From: Raillietiella orientalis
Lineage: Eukaryota
DNA length: 64,000 nucleotides
Assembly (NCBI GenBank): GCA_036172245.1
Contig: JAYWIR010000003.1
Span: forward strand, 1,426,001-1,490,000
Reading direction: 5' to 3'
How positions within the stretch are numbered: position 1 is the stretch's first letter; the number at the start of each line of letters is the position of its first letter. Shown in pieces: positions 25,230 through 38,101 of this stretch. Position numbers and translations under genes: made by a program. Below the pieces are notes generated by a model. The model was not told the origin of the DNA and did no database searches. It was given only the letters and a program-made list of their open reading frames with translations.

Positions 25230-28200
25230 GCTCTGAAGACACATCATTAAGATCATAACCAAGTTTTACAAGAATGGTAAGTAATTAGAAAAAGCTTAGT
25301 TATATGTACACAATCATATCAATGGGACGGAAATATCAAGTGGCAACACACGTAAACAACCATTGCACTTTACACGCGAAATAATTCAAATAAATGGCAC
25401 AAGATTTGCGAAGTACCAAAATTTTACGAATTAGCAAGGTTGATAAAAATCACAAACGCATCCAACAAGAGTTTCATCGAAACAACGTTTCCCAGACTGA
25501 CTTTTCTGGAACTAACTTATGAGCAAAATTTCGTTTTCGTTTCGACCGTATTGGTGTAAAGCATCCATTAATGACACCTTGCCCCAGCGTAATTTTCCGA
25601 AGGGGAAATCAAACGTAAAGTTACATTCCTAAAAGTACTAGTTTTTGTTCTCCAAACTGTCCATGCATACGGCTCGATTTTGGGGGAAATAAAGTATACA
25701 TATATTTTTTGCAATAACTTTTTAGTATGTTCGTAGAGACAAACCTAGCAGGTACCACTCGTTCACATAAGTGATACAATGACTACCTTTTGTGTGCAGG
25801 CTTCCCACGCATTACTGTAATACTTTAAGAGACTCGGCACATTCGGACGTGTTTTGAGCCAAAAGAAATGTTAAATAAAACCACTGGTGTTTTTTTTAAA
25901 TGCGTGCTGGATTTAAAAAGAAGCAAATTTTTTAAGGTAAAGAGGAGAATTATTTGTCATTCGTTGTCAACATTCAAATACACTACGTTTTAAACCGTCA
26001 TAGTGTAGTATACAAAATATGCCACACTATCATAACTTAAAATGTGAATCTCTCTGTAAGTAAGAGCTTCATTATTCCATATACCAGAGCATCATTAGCC
26101 GATAAGTCTATTAATTTTGTCGAAGACTCAAATTATTTGCCAATATCGAGTTGAATCATAACAACGACGAATAATGAATTCGTTTTGCTAAGAAATGATT
26201 CCAGATTTAATGAAAAGGCCATTAATTAAATGAAGGAAACATTGCTCCCAGGTCATCAGTCAGTTTTTTATATAAGCAATTTCGGCAATGCTCTACCATT
26301 AATTTCTTAGTGGACATTATATGGGCGTTACAGTTTAGTGAAGTCTTGATGAATGCTACCTTCAGCAGGAATTTTTCGATTCAAAATCTCAAATGTGATG
26401 TATGTGACATAAAATAACGAATGTTTTCGACATAAATAATAAACGTTCAATATACATAGATTTCCTGTTACCTAGGAAAAATACAACTGTTAGATTTCAG
26501 TAAACATCTCGATCTGCCACTTTGATGAATTCGCAAGAGTGAATTCTCAGCCTTACTGATTAGGACGACATAGTACCAGTCAAATATCACAAGCTTCTCT
26601 TGCAAACTTCATGCAACTGTGACACTTACTTACCTATTCAATTCAATTCTTGTGTAGTCAGTTTCCTTATTTTCGAACTTTGATGGTCCGTTTTTTTCTC
26701 AAATGATTCATTTTTCAAAGTTAATATTCACTAAAGTGAAGCTGTCCTTGAGTGCCCTTCCTTTTTTAAAAGTTTTTCAAATACTTTTCCAGCTTTTGTT
26801 TTCTTTTAATAAAGTATTCGTGCCTCAACTAGGAAAAAAAAAACATCACCATTATTCTGAAGACTCTTTTTCTTTCTTTAAATTAGCACACTTATCTAGT
26901 TAGGTGGTACTTCTCTATGCACCAATGACAACATAATAGTCTTCAAAGTATATACCACTTTACCTACCAAGTAAACAAAGGATCATTCAATCTCATTCTC
27001 ATTAGAGAATTTAGATCTTGTAGAGAATGGAAATCGTAGAGAGTAGGTTGAGTACAATAATGAATCATATAATCATCTGATGCAGAAATATGTCGAAAAT
27101 TTATGTCCAAAGACTCAGCGCTTATTTATGTTAATATTAATGACATATTGAAAAACGTAATTTTAATTTTTGTAAATTAGATTTGTTTTTGCTTAGTGCA
27201 CTGCTCGTATACAAATAAAAGTTCATAAATTTAGTCATCTAAAATTTGCTGTTGGTATTTTGCTTTAACATTGATGAAATCTTAGAAGGATTTTTTTTCA
27301 AATAATAACTTTCAAATTGTTTTTAAAAAATAATGATTCACAAGAAGAGTCACAGTAGCATTTATAAGTTTCTTACATTATTCTTCACTGTTTAGTGTAC
27401 AGACCTATGCATTTCCTGCTAAACTGTAAGAAAAAAAGAATCTGAACCATTACAAAAGAAACATAAAAGGGAATAGTTAGAACAAAAAATAGAACCTAGA
27501 ATTATGCATTAGTAAGAAAACTAGTATAAGTAAACTAGTATTACTGATCTCAAGTACTGGAGTAAATCAATTGCTTTCCCTACCTGAAAGTTATTAATTA
27601 ATTTTTGGGAAAAATGGATGCACATTTTTTGAAACTGTAGAAGCGAACGTAAATGCATATTATCCCAAATATAATTTGCATCAGATTAGAAACCATAACC
27701 TTGAAATGATACCTATTGAGGAGGAAACCAATTTTATTAAAAAAAAGAAAAGAAAAGAAAAGAAATTTGTATCAGTGTTCTCATATAAATTATCACTTAT
27801 ATTATTGATGTTCAGTACAGATCATTACACTTCAAATGATAATGTTTGCAGACATTAAGTCGACATGCATCACATATGTGATGCAAGAGATTACTTGAAA
27901 AACATTTGAGTTCCATCTGGAATTTCGAACAGAATTGTTAAAAATTGTGACCTATATTCAGTTTGGAACTATGCATGCTTTTTTATAGCATTTGTTTATG
28001 TATCCTAACAACTCAATATTCATAAAACGGTATGTTGGTTTCATTCACTTATATTGTGAAACTAATGCTTTTTTTTAAGCTTTCCTTTTTACTGGAAGAG
28101 AAACAAAATACACTTATGCTATTATACTAATCAAAAGTATCTGCCTATTTAGGTTCGAGGTTTACCTTTATTTTAAGGATGAAAAGTTTTTTCTTAATAC

Positions 28201-28948
28201 ATGCATCGAATCAGCTAGGTGATCGACCGTCATTAATGGGCATTTATTTATTGTATTCATTTGATTAGTAACTATTTCTAAGTACTTTTTATTGATATAA
28301 GAATGATTCTTTATTTAATGCGTTTCAATACTCTAAGGAAATCAATTAAGACATTAAAAATGGTTAATTATTAACAATAGCACACATTAACAATAATCTA
28401 TTTGTTTAATATAATTTGAAAACAATCGATAAACTCACTTTTAGATTCAACAGGATCACCAATTAATCAATTCTGGGCATCATTCACACGCAGCATTAAA
28501 ATTAAAGTAACACTCATTGTTTCACAGAAATTCTTTGGAAATATTATGTTGTATATGTTAAAATCATGCGGCCATAAATTGAAGATTATAAATCAAAATC
28601 ATCCTGTCTTTGATGCATGATTATTTGGGTGATAACATTCTAGTAATGATGTGATCAAAAACCACAAATTTTTAGAGCGGCTTTGAATTTTTGCAAATTT
28701 CAGTCCTGTTCAGCTATTCAAATATGTGTTTCGGATATGAAAAACAAAACGCCATGGCATCAAAGATCCCTAATGAAAAAAAAAAGGCGCACTGTTTACA
28801 TAAAGGCATTTACAAAGTGACACGTGGTATTTCAGGATGCTTTTGATACGGGACTGGTACGCCTACCAACCTAGCCACATAGTGCCAAGAAACTGATGAT
28901 GAAATCTTTTTTTGCTACATGTAGCATTATTTGTAGCTTCACCTTCGA

Positions 28949-29032
28949 GTCAGGTTGGCCGAGTGGTCTAAGGCGCCAGGCTTAAGTCCTGGTCCTCGTA
29001 TGAGGGCGTGGGTTCGAACCCCACACCTGACA
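28949..29032 (+). tRNA. trnL-UAA: tRNA-Leu (anticodon TAA)
   Basis: GTCAGGT/ACCTGAC acceptor stem, D-loop GAGTGGTCTAAGG, anticodon arm CCAGG-CTTAAGT-CCTGG, long variable arm, GGTTCGAACCC T-loop, downstream T-run. Confidence 0.97.
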
Positions 29033-29599
29033 GATGCGCTTTTTTTTCTTACATCCGCACACAGCAGACAAAGCCGGCGCAGAGCTTTCTGCTTGAAAGT
29101 GCACGCTGCACTTTGAAAGAAAACGCTTCAAACATGGGAAGCGCTTTTTTACCCGACATTCCTGTGACAAATGTGTACTTTCGTGCCAATAGCGCTTACT
29201 TTACTGCGTAGACTTCTTTATTCAAAGAGATCATCAGTACATCTGATTTAAATACTCGGAAAATACTGTTATAACTGAAGGCGAATGACATTCGGTTTAG
29301 GAAGGTCAGCCATGATGACTGCGGAATGCTCGAAACTTGGCAAACCTAAAGAGAATACATCGGAAAACGTCGGAAGTTCGCTTTCTTCTTCGGCGGCTGC
29401 CTTCTCTGTGGTCTTCATGCCCTAATTGGAAACGTGAGGAAGCTGAACGCATCTCTGGCCGTAAGTAAACCATATGTTTGGACCAGCACGGTTAGATTCG
29501 AATGGAAATTTCGAGATGGTCTAAAATCTTTGGCTATTCAGCCAAACACTCTCGAGCAGGATTACCTGGGAGAAGGCATTTGGATTCTGGGAACACGGC

Positions 29600-30820
29600 A
29601 GCGGGAGCAAACATAAAGGTGTTGTTGCCTATGTTGACGAGTGGTTTGACTTGTTGGTAAATGTTCCTTCGCGCCGTTGCAGCGAGAAACGGTACACAGA
29701 TCTGGGGGGAAACGAAAACTGGCAAGACTTTCAGCAGTATGGGGGGGGGGGGCATCTCCGCCGCTGGCGAAGCGTGTGTTCCTCCGACCAGCGCTAAGGG
29801 AGGCGTCACGCACGTCTCCGGGGGTGACGCCACTCCATCCTCCGCGGGGAGGCGCGCTCGCTGCGGAGTCTGCGGGCGCCGTACGGCGAAGGACGGGAGA
29901 GCGAGCGCACGCGCCAGAAAGCAGGTCTCTGACGCCGTTCCCAGCAGCACTGGGCGCAGCGGAAGACGTGTGCGTGGCCGCTGCTGACCTGCCTCGAGCC
30001 GTGAGGGTCTCGTCGTGAGCTGCGTTGCCTCCAGCGCTCCGAAAGACCTCGACAAAGGACCGGTTAAATGAACGGGCTCCCTGCATGGAGAAAGAAACGT
30101 GCCGACGCTGCAGGCTCACCATAGGAACACGAGAGGTGTGAGGGGTGGTTTTCCTGTAGCTTCAAAAACGATGGAATCATAAGAAAGTGAGCGTATACAC
30201 CTCGGTGCCCTTGGGCTGTGCGTAATGGTGCCTGAAATGCTTTTGCAAGGTTGGATTGCGACAGTTCTGCACAGGGTGTGCTTCTGCACAGCTTCGCAGA
30301 ACTGAAAAATTCTTCGAATGCTGGCCATTGGATGCAGGATGAATGCGGTCGCCTTTCAAAGCTGCTGCAGTTCACAGACGCAAGCATCTTCTATTGCAGG
30401 CATTCAGATTTTGACGTCTGAAAGAAGGTGATGATGCCCCCTGGCACCATATAGCGAGGACTTTGGCACTCCTAACGGACCTTTCCGCATTATTCTGTGT
30501 TTCCACTTCTCTTGACTTAGTTCGAAAGATTGTCTCCCTGGACAGTCGAGAGGAAAACTTCCAGAGCTGCACGAAAAGCGAGCGGTTTCCACTTGATTTC
30601 GTATCTCCTCGGGTCAAAACTCCTATTCAGCCACACCTTTGCAGGTATAAGTGAAAGATGGCCGAAAATTGAGTGAGATGAGCACGCCGAAACCATGGGT
30701 TCCACGGCCCTTATGAGTGCGAACTATATGCACCAACACAAAATCACAAATAGTGTTTGTTTCGAAGAACTGCATTAACAGTTGGAAAAAACACCTACAT
30801 CCACGTGCTTCATCCCGATC
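29600..30820 (-). pseudogene. BTB-BACK(-Kelch) protein pseudogene
   Basis: Frameshifted pieces in order: QFFETNTICDFVLV, VSACSSHSIF, LAFRAALEVF, SFRRQNLNACNRRCL, AFEEFF, LALVGG. Confidence 0.55.
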
Positions 30821-31949
30821 AAACCCAAACTTCGGTGTCTGCCAGTGCTTCAGGAAGCCACTGACGTGTGATTGGCTGTTAGGTGAACACAGTGATGAAT
30901 TACCGAGACCTGACACACAGTCACGTGTGAGCGAGCCCATGTGATGCGCTGTAGGTCACCTTCAATTGCCGATTCGGGGCTGTCGTTTCAGCGCATTAGT
31001 TTACCTTTTCTTTCTGCCCTTCTTGCCCTACTTGCATGCTTTTTCTGCTTTCCCTGAGGTCTGTGTCGAGAAGGTAAAAAAAAAAAAAGGGTAACTAATC
31101 ATAGCAACGTCAACACTTCCGGGACGTATGGACGCGGGAGCAAACAGCTGATTGCTCCCTCAGTGCTGACCCATGCAAGCCGATGTCCACGTGACCTACG
31201 CAGACCGATGAGGATTGAACAGTCTCAACACGCAACGCCCGTCCATTAACAGCTGTTTCTTCAAGCGAACTGAAGAGCACTTTGTTTTTGTTTTTGTTTT
31301 TTATTCACCGCGTGCATGAATACCCCAGCGAATATCGCCCACGAAAAAGAGGCGGCAACTTGAAACGAAGGTGATAGAGGTGGAAGGGAAGGGTCACTTT
31401 GCAGTCGGTGAAGATCAAAATCCCCAAAGATCATATAAAATAAATACACCTATTTGTTATGTCTGTTAATATTCATACTTGTATCAGTATACAAAACGAG
31501 CGTATTTATTTTTAATAATCTTTAATATATATTAATAGCATATCAACACACATGAATGATTATATTATATATGCTAATAAATATGTAGGTTAGCATAATG
31601 CTACTATTTATAATATATATGTTAGTGCATGTTCAAATAAATTTGCAAACTGATCCATATATTAATACAAATACACAATAAGCATATATATATATACATA
31701 TTGATACGCATAAAAATAAACATATTTACTTTTCATAGTCTTTATAACAGATATTTATCTATATATGAATATGTATAATGAATACATTTATTTATTTTTA
31801 AGATCTTTCAGGATTTCGATCGTTCGGAATTTCGAACCAAACCCCTTTACAGTAGACTGCCCTAAGAAATACCATAGTCATGTGTCCCCTACCTTCAGGC
31901 TGAAGTGGCACTTTCAAACAACCCACGCGAATCCCTCAGTTGAAAAAAT

Positions 31950-33150
31950 GAAGGATTCCAGATCATCAAGACTCATGAACCTGCTGATTCGAATCCAGTG
32001 TGCCAGCACTGGATAGCCAGCAGCAATCCTCCAAAAAGGAGTTCACACGAAAACCCATTCTTTCCATCCACTTCTCACTGTCACTTGTGTTCTCTTTGAA
32101 GTTTCACTTACTAGGAGTCACAACACTGGGGTTCTACATTAGGGTGGGCAGGGAGTTGACTGACCTTGGACATTATCTTCGATCTTTTTCAGGATGTACC
32201 GATAAGTCCAAGCCGGCACTCTGCCACGGTTCCTTATGCCGATCTCTTTCCGAATAACCCCTTTCAGGATTTCCGGGGGAGATGCGGCCGTTCTGGCGTT
32301 CCTCTTCTTCCACCATCTTATGAGGATTATGCGGTGATGAATAGGGCAACGGTCATCCTGACCGTTGGGTTGTAACAGGGAACGTTTCCACTTCCCAGGA
32401 ACATATTGGCCAGGACTTCCGTTGGCGAGTAATTCTGCATCCCTATGACCCTTTACAACTCGAATCCATTCGAAGACTCTCCAGTCAAAACGGGTAGCCT
32501 CTTGAACTAGAGGTACCCTGAGTGTACGCTGAAATCTCCACCAAAGACAGGATAAGATGCTTTGACAAAGGGATATTCAACTCATCACGGATCTGCATTA
32601 CAATTCTCCGCTCCAAGGCAACGAAAGTACAGATGTGGCATCTCAGGTGCTCCTGGTGCCAGATTTCATCTCGAAACACGAGAGGAGAAAATTTTCGATT
32701 GAGGAGATCATCCGGGAAAGCAACCAGAGGGAACAGGAAGGCCTCAACGTAAGACTTCTCTGTTATTTGAGAAATTGCAGAGAGAGTTGGGAAGTGGGTT
32801 CGGGTTTATCTAGTTTCCTCGGAGCGATTCTTCGTATTTCGCAGAGTTCTCCAAGGGGAGTCCAGAGTCTCCTGAAACTGTGGTTTCCAGTAAACCGCGA
32901 TAAATTCGGAATAGCTGAACTGCTGCAAAACCCTTTTAATTCAGAAAATTCAGCGATATTTGAAAATCATCACTTTTCATTGGCTGGAGTTTTCTGCCCC
33001 ATTCACTTCTCATCCCGATGGTCTGAATAGGAAATTTCCTGGCTCCGTCGTAACAACGGCAACATGGATGTATTGGAACTTTTGAAGGCGTTAGCATCAG
33101 ACGCCAGATAAGTCTTCCAGGCGCTTTAGTCCAGAACCACATTGAAATCC
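31950..33150 (-). mobile_element. Decayed Ty3/gypsy RNase H-integrase, possibly with chromodomain
   Basis: LTPSKVPI..RKLQP (DAS..SRKL), FRDEIWHQEH..IRDELNIPLS (integrase core), terminal YPVLAHW (YLVxW). Confidence 0.55.
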
Positions 33151-34849
33151 TCGGAAGCATATATACTACCTGATTTCAGGATCTATTAATATGTTACTCG
33201 TGGGTGAACATTCGTAGTTTAGAAACAAAAGTTAATACCGGACGTGCTGAATATGTTTGTTGAGACCACGTACAAGAACGCGTTCCTTTCCACGATTTCT
33301 ACACATATATTTTGCCAGAAATCACAAGAAGCGAACTTCTAAAAGAAAGGTATTACCACCTGCCGGCGGCAAATTCAGGGTTTCTGAAAGACGCGTGAGA
33401 AAGACGTGTTACTGGACTCCCGCTATATCGTCTTGTGACTTGTTCCAGAAATGGCTGCAGTGGTTTCCTGAAGGTAAAGAACAAGGTTCCGCAGACCTAG
33501 ATCAGGATAAGCATTTAAATAAAACCTTGTTGTTAGCACAAACCAAACTTGCAGGATAAATTATTCACCTCCCGAATTGCAGCGGTTGGTTAACCCCATT
33601 CGCATCCCAACTGATTGAGAAAATTTTTCGAGTCATGCAAGTGTACCAAATTCACGCAGTGGGCATGGATTTGGTTTGGGAATTGGGCTCAAAGCACGCA
33701 ATATACCAAAGTTTGCATGAGCACGTGGAAAATTCGGCACACCACATACTCTAAGGAAAGCCTGCTGGAAGTTAATAGTGGTCGCCATAGTAACCCGTTG
33801 CTGCATCACTCTCACAGGCTGCCATTGTAGTGATGTTTTCTCTGGAAAGTGCGAATATGAAAGCAACCGTGTGTTTACTGATTTTGTGTTTATTAAATTC
33901 AGGATATTCTGTAGCATCCTCAGTAGCTAACTCTTCTGATGTGGACCCTCTAAAGTGGCTATCCGTGCTGTTCATAACCTCGGAAAAAATAACCACTTTT
34001 TGTTATGCAACCCTTTTAAAAGTAAGTGATTTAAAAAAACAAACACTATGCAGCAGTTGTAAACGTTCATAGCTTATTATTTTTTTACATCTCTATGCTC
34101 TGAATGGTTACCAGGTGGTTTCTAAAAACAAAAGCCACTAGAACTATGCTTTCAAAAAATTTTCGAATGTAGAGGTACAAAGGCTGACGAGAGAACAATA
34201 TTTTATCTTCATAGCTCATCCGCCTGCCCCCGTTTGAAAATATTAATCTCTTAGGATGGGGAGTTTCTTGTTGTATGTTTTTCATCAAGTTATATGTGGC
34301 TGTCATCATACCAAATATCCTCCGCATTATGAAATTAAAATAAGTAGCAAGTCGCTGCTTTTGATCAGTGCAAAAAAGAGTAATCTTGAAAACAAGGAAA
34401 TGTTTAGCGAATCAGGACCTCATAGCAGCTTTCAATGACCTTAGCTGATGATCAATATTCTTAAAAACTTTGGAGATCAGAATTTTATTTTCGCAATTTT
34501 AGGCAAGAATTGTTAGGCATCTCTCTCTATTTCTACAGTAATGAAGAGGAAATAGTTTTCTTGTGATGTCTAATTTATAAGAAATTACTAGAGATGATGA
34601 TCCATAAGAGTGTGTACTTTCTAATGAATTCTACATAAATAGGTATCAGTCGTCCAGTGATATCAATACAATTTATTTGAATGTAAATTTTTCTCCTGCT
34701 GCCAAATGCATCGTCTAGCAAGCGAAGGAACAGAGGACTGGTTCCATGTCAGTGCTGCCAGATGCGTTTTCCTCAATTTTTTTTTTTGTTTCTCTTTTCT
34801 GAAGGAAAGCTCTTACAAGTGCTAACGAGAGATTTCCCTCACAACTTTA

Positions 34850-35260
34850 CTTTTTGTTCGTTCCGTTACACATTTACAAGGAAACTGGAAGCCACTTCGC
34901 GCAGTCAATGGCAATTATTGCACTGGGCCAACGGGACTTTGAAGTAGTATTTTGCTCCTTATGTTTTTCGGACATCCGGGGCTTGCTTAATACGGAGAAA
35001 ATTAGTGCAAGCTTTCACTCCTCCGGTTCTCACTCACATCCGGTTGCACTCCCAATCCTATTCGACGCATCTGCCATCGGAAACGGACACTGGTCTCAAC
35101 GAACTGCGGTGGACGCTTTGCTAACAAAGACTCATAAATCAGCTCAATTTGACAAATTTTCGTTTTTCCACCGTTTCCATGAAGACGAACGATCATTCGT
35201 CTGTATGACGGCACGTACTTAATCTGCGAAATCCGCCAAAGTCACATCAAGTAAACTGAA
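34850..35260 (-). mobile_element. Possible mariner N-terminal remnant
   Basis: CAKWLPVSL resembles the mariner WVPxxL motif; little other support. Confidence 0.25.
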
Positions 35261-35669
35261 AAATTGAGAATGCTTTCATCAGTTGTGATCGACACAATAG
35301 AGAAACTCTTTGTAGACGCCGACAGTGGAGCGAGAGGGAGAGAGAAAGAGAGAGAGAAATGCTAGCCACATATCAATGCACATAACCTGATGCACATTAT
35401 TTTTTTCTTCACGGAACTCGCTTATCGAAAATTTATTATTATCAGAATCCTTAAATCTTTTGACTGAAAACTCATCTTCACTTGAGGCAACACAATTTAA
35501 GTTTGCATCCCATCCGCGACCTTCTACGTACGTCCAAATTCCAGAAAAATGTTAAAATTACTACTAATAGCGAATTACATACAATGAAGTTCACTTACTG
35601 ATTATCCGATTGCCCTTCAAGAATGGATAAAAACGCAAGATGTTCCAAAAGTTTAAACGTGACCCTCTA

Positions 35670-35787
35670 TGTGAGGATCATTTAGTGGCTGATGAAACCA
35701 TGGGTTCTCCTCTCGATTCAGACAGAACCAGGATGACATCTCCATCTTGTGAGGACACAGTCTTGGATAGCCTACAGTTGCGGTGCC
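35670..35787 (+). repeat. Left arm of ~118-bp inverted repeat (partner 37984-38101)
   Basis: Both arms encode MGSPLDSDRTRMTSPSCEDTVLDSLQLRC on opposite strands. Confidence 0.95.
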
Positions 35788-36109
35788 GAAAGCTTGGCAA
35801 CATCAATCACGCACGTTCGACATTCCTGCTGGCGCTTTAGGAAATCTGATGACCATCGGACGAAACTTTTTGTACGTCCCCACGAACTCTCCTCCGAGAC
35901 CGCAAAGACCACGAGCCTGTTAGCAGAAGCCACCGAGACTCACACCGAGCACCTTGAGCAAGCGAAAGATCTCGAAATGAATGGTAAAAAGTCGGCATAC
36001 GTCGGTTGCGATGAGGGAAGAGGACTCCATGAGCAAACAGATGAGACCTGGAAGAAACATCCCGGGGAGCAGTCTCCGTCGACTTCAGGAAACGGCGGCT
36101 CTATCCTGA

Positions 36110-36300
36110 GTATTCAAACGTTTCGACTGTGATCCACTCGTGCACGCAAATGGATGAGACTCCAAAGAAGGGAAAAGAAAGGGACCCACCAAATAAAGCC
36201 GCGACTTGCTGCAGAAAGCCAGGACCTCCTGGGACGCGATTCCCGGCTCTCCAGACCGCCCCATCCCGGGTCGTCGCGATGGGATTCATCACAAGGAATT
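36110..36300 (-). pseudogene. Possible DEG/ENaC channel TM2-like segment
   Basis: QQVAALFGGSLSFPFFGVSSICVHEWI resembles the GGxLGLFxGxSxxTxxE motif. Isolated, with no other exons identified. Confidence 0.25.
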
Positions 36301-37339
36301 CGGGGAACTCGATTGCGTAGCGCCTGTCTTCTTCGGATGCAGAGGCCCACTGCAACTTGCAAGAAACGGTGTGTAGAGAGTGCATTCCCCGTCTTGACTA
36401 CACAAAATGTGATCGAGCAAGGTTGAGTGCATCGAAGATCAGAAGAGATTATAAAAAAAATACACTTGGAAAATGTCATCTCACTCTATGGCGCAGCTAT
36501 AATGGATCACTTGCGAAAACTTTCACGGTTTCTCTCCTGCATTCAAAGCCGCAGTAGCCTCCTATAACCGTAATGAAAACACAGTCTCCGACGTAAATTC
36601 TGGGAATGGTTGTACGTCACCATACATAAACCTTCTAATTCGGAGTTTTTGTTGGACTGCTTCGGGAGCATGTTGATACATATTAGACACCTACCACTGA
36701 TATGACCGAATGATTTTGTCGATTTGAGTTGTCTCGTGGGGGGAGAGGGGGCGTGGGACCATACACGTACTGAGAGAACTTTCCTCGGTCCAGAACATGA
36801 TTCTGAAAATATTGTTGAGTCTCAGAACGCAATACAATTATTAACCTAGAAGTAAATAAGCACCAATAATAAAATATACAAAGAGAAAGCCGCAAATTGG
36901 GGCGTTTCTTTTTTTTTTTTTAATCACTCGCTAATTTCTATAAGGTGGTGGCGTCGCATTTCATGCTTCCAAAACAAACGCTTAAATTTTAAAATTATGA
37001 GCAAAAAGCTAAAAACTTCTGTGTTCACAGCAATAAGCTCATTATTATGCTTTGTGGCAGATATAGATTTGCCATGATTATAATTAAGAACCGATTCTGC
37101 TTCTTCATCCTTATAACTTCTTTCTTTACAGTTTTTCTTTAGGAAAATTTTTTTTGACCGTAACACTTCGGAACTTCACAAAAGGGTTACGTAAATGGAA
37201 AACTGGGATATCTACAGCAAGACATAATAGAGATAATAAAAGGCGATTGCTGAATTTCTTATTGTGAGCATCCAGTTTTTAGTTTCAGCTTTCATAGTAG
37301 GGGAAATTACTGTAACATATAGCATATATAACAGCTGCG

Positions 37340-37800
37340 TTTAGAGGGATGCATCCAGACCTTCTGGAGCTCACAGAGGGAGGAGTTCTTCCCCTGATCC
37401 ATGCCGACCAGTCCGAGGAAGAAGGGAATAACAAAATGAACTAGAGAATTGAATGAGTAGGAAGGAGGAGGAGGGAACCTGAGGTTAGATGGCAACAAGC
37501 AAGATGGCCGTGCCTATAAGAGAAGAACCCCTTTCTCTGTTCACAGAGAGATGAGAAGCAGTTGATAGACTAAGGACAGTCCTTAAACAACTTGAAAACG
37601 GATTCCTCTGAGAATTCGGTAGAGCGAGGTCACTTGGAACGAGTTCGAGGGCAGCCTGGAACCCAAGAACCGCTGCCCCTGGGGACCGAAAGTCTGTGTT
37701 GGAGCATAAGTCGCCGGACTGGGAATCCAGACTGATCAGCAACGGATGCTGTCCGACACACGTTGCACCTGGTCAGCAGCACAACAGCTGCAGCTGACTG
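37340..37800 (+). mobile_element. Decayed RLE endonuclease domain (Utopia-like)
   Basis: LRLDG..RRTPF, SLGTSSRAAWNPR and MLSDTRCTWS (MVSDTIRWS) occur in order. Confidence 0.55.
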
Positions 37801-37983
37801 AATGCGGATTTACAAGGGCATCGGGCTCAACACAACGGATTTCCTGGAAGGCTCCGATGAAAGATTTCAATCTAACCTGGCTGTTCTATGGAAATGAAAA
37901 GGGCTGCAGAAGCAGCTCATGGAAACCTGCTTTTAAGGAACTCCACAGAAGATGACAGTTTCTTCCCTCGCGGGCTGATATTT

Positions 37984-38101
37984 GGCACCGCAACTGTAGG
38001 CTATCCAAGACTGTGTCTTCACAGGATGGAGATGTCATCCTGGTTCTGTCTGAATCGAGAGGAGAACCCATGGTTTCATCAGCAACTAAATAATCCTCAC
38101 A
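37984..38101 (-). repeat. Right arm of ~118-bp inverted repeat
   Basis: Reverse complement of 35670-35787. Confidence 0.95.

Noticed and set aside
31400..31800. Very AT-rich tract as an origin or organellar insert
   Set aside because: Low-complexity TA sequence with no gene or repeat-unit evidence.
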